Of a DNA stretch of 64,000 nt, positions 63,290-64,000 are shown in pieces. The notes below the pieces were generated by a model. It ran no database searches. It was not told the origin of the DNA and was given only the letters and a program-made list of their open reading frames with translations. A program made the position numbers and the translations under genes. Numbering within the stretch: the first letter of the stretch is position 1; each line of letters opens with the position of its first letter. Origin of the DNA: Octopus sinensis (lineage: Eukaryota); NCBI RefSeq assembly GCF_006345805.1, contig NC_043000.1, forward strand, positions 153,698,001 to 153,762,000, read 5' to 3'.

Positions 63290-64000
63290 TTCAAAATTTG
63301 ACAGAAAACCAGAAATTTTGGTACTCATTTTATTGACTCCGAAAAGATGCAAGGTAAAGTCGACCTCGGCGGAACTCAGAACGCGAAGATGGACGAAATG
63401 CCACTAATCATTTTGCCCGGCGTGATAACGATTCTGCCAGCTCACCGTCTGAGTAAGCAAATAAATATTAGCTGCAAATTTTGTCACAAGGCCAACAATT
63501 TCAGGCGGGTAGATAAACCGATTATATCGACCCCAAGGTCCAACTGGTACTTCTTTTTATCGACCTCGAAAGGAATATCAGGCAAAGTCGACCTCGGCAG
63601 AATTGAAGTCAGACTGTGAAGGCAAACATAGTACTGTTATCACTTTGCCCGGCGTGCTAACGATTCTGCCAGCTCGGCGCTTTGATAAGCAACTAAATAT
63701 TAATATTCCACGTATACGGCTTATATTGTTTCTGATGCTTAAAGCAGTGAGTAGGCAGAATCGTTATCAGACCGAGCAAAATGATTTGCGGTATTTCGTC
63801 TGCCGCTACGTTCTGAGTTCAAATTCCGCGGAGGTCGACTTTGCCTTTCATCCTTTCGGGGTCAATTAAATAAGTACCTATTTCTTTACTACACACAAGG
63901 GGCTAAACTCAGAGGGGACAAACGAGGACAGACAAACGGATTAAGTCGATTACATCGACCCCAGTACGTAACTGGTACTTATTTAATCGACCCCGAAAGG
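63290..64000. mobile_element. Cluster of OR-like SINE fragments on both strands
   Basis: Minus fragments 63290-63680; plus head/core 63745-63877 fused to a minus type A tail 63878-64000. Confidence 0.75.

Overview
Animal genomic DNA, AT-rich and saturated with microsatellites. The SINE families strongly suggest an octopod cephalopod (inference from recalled OK/OR-type octopus SINE sequences). Indel noise in homopolymers and arrays suggests a long-read assembly. I find no intact host gene; almost every ORF in the track is a microsatellite/satellite artefact or a broken transposon ORF. Contents: two 5'-truncated Tx1-clade (L1) LINEs embedded in (GATA)n (0.25-3.96 kb); a CR1 3' fragment; a pile-up of Dong/R4-type RLE LINEs plus a non-coding element in (TAA)n (21.3-29.7 kb); several modular tRNA-derived SINE families; non-autonomous Helitrons; mariner-type MITEs; Penelope-like remnants with hammerhead ribozymes, including a near-perfect inverted ~0.5-kb unit with two intact type I hammerheads (39.1-40.2 kb); a 59-bp satellite (41.4-44.7 kb); and a Chapaev3-like DNA transposon inserted in a Penelope GIY-YIG ORF (60.3-62.8 kb). 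A few coding-like islands (best 19.0-19.5 kb) may be exons or pseudo-exons of an unidentified gene. Best leads: a candidate (GATA)n-targeting Tx1 LINE whose last ~50 nt match the tail of an abundant SINE, and the ORF-less hammerhead (retrozyme-like) element. Coordinates were counted by hand; ends of degenerate elements are approximate.
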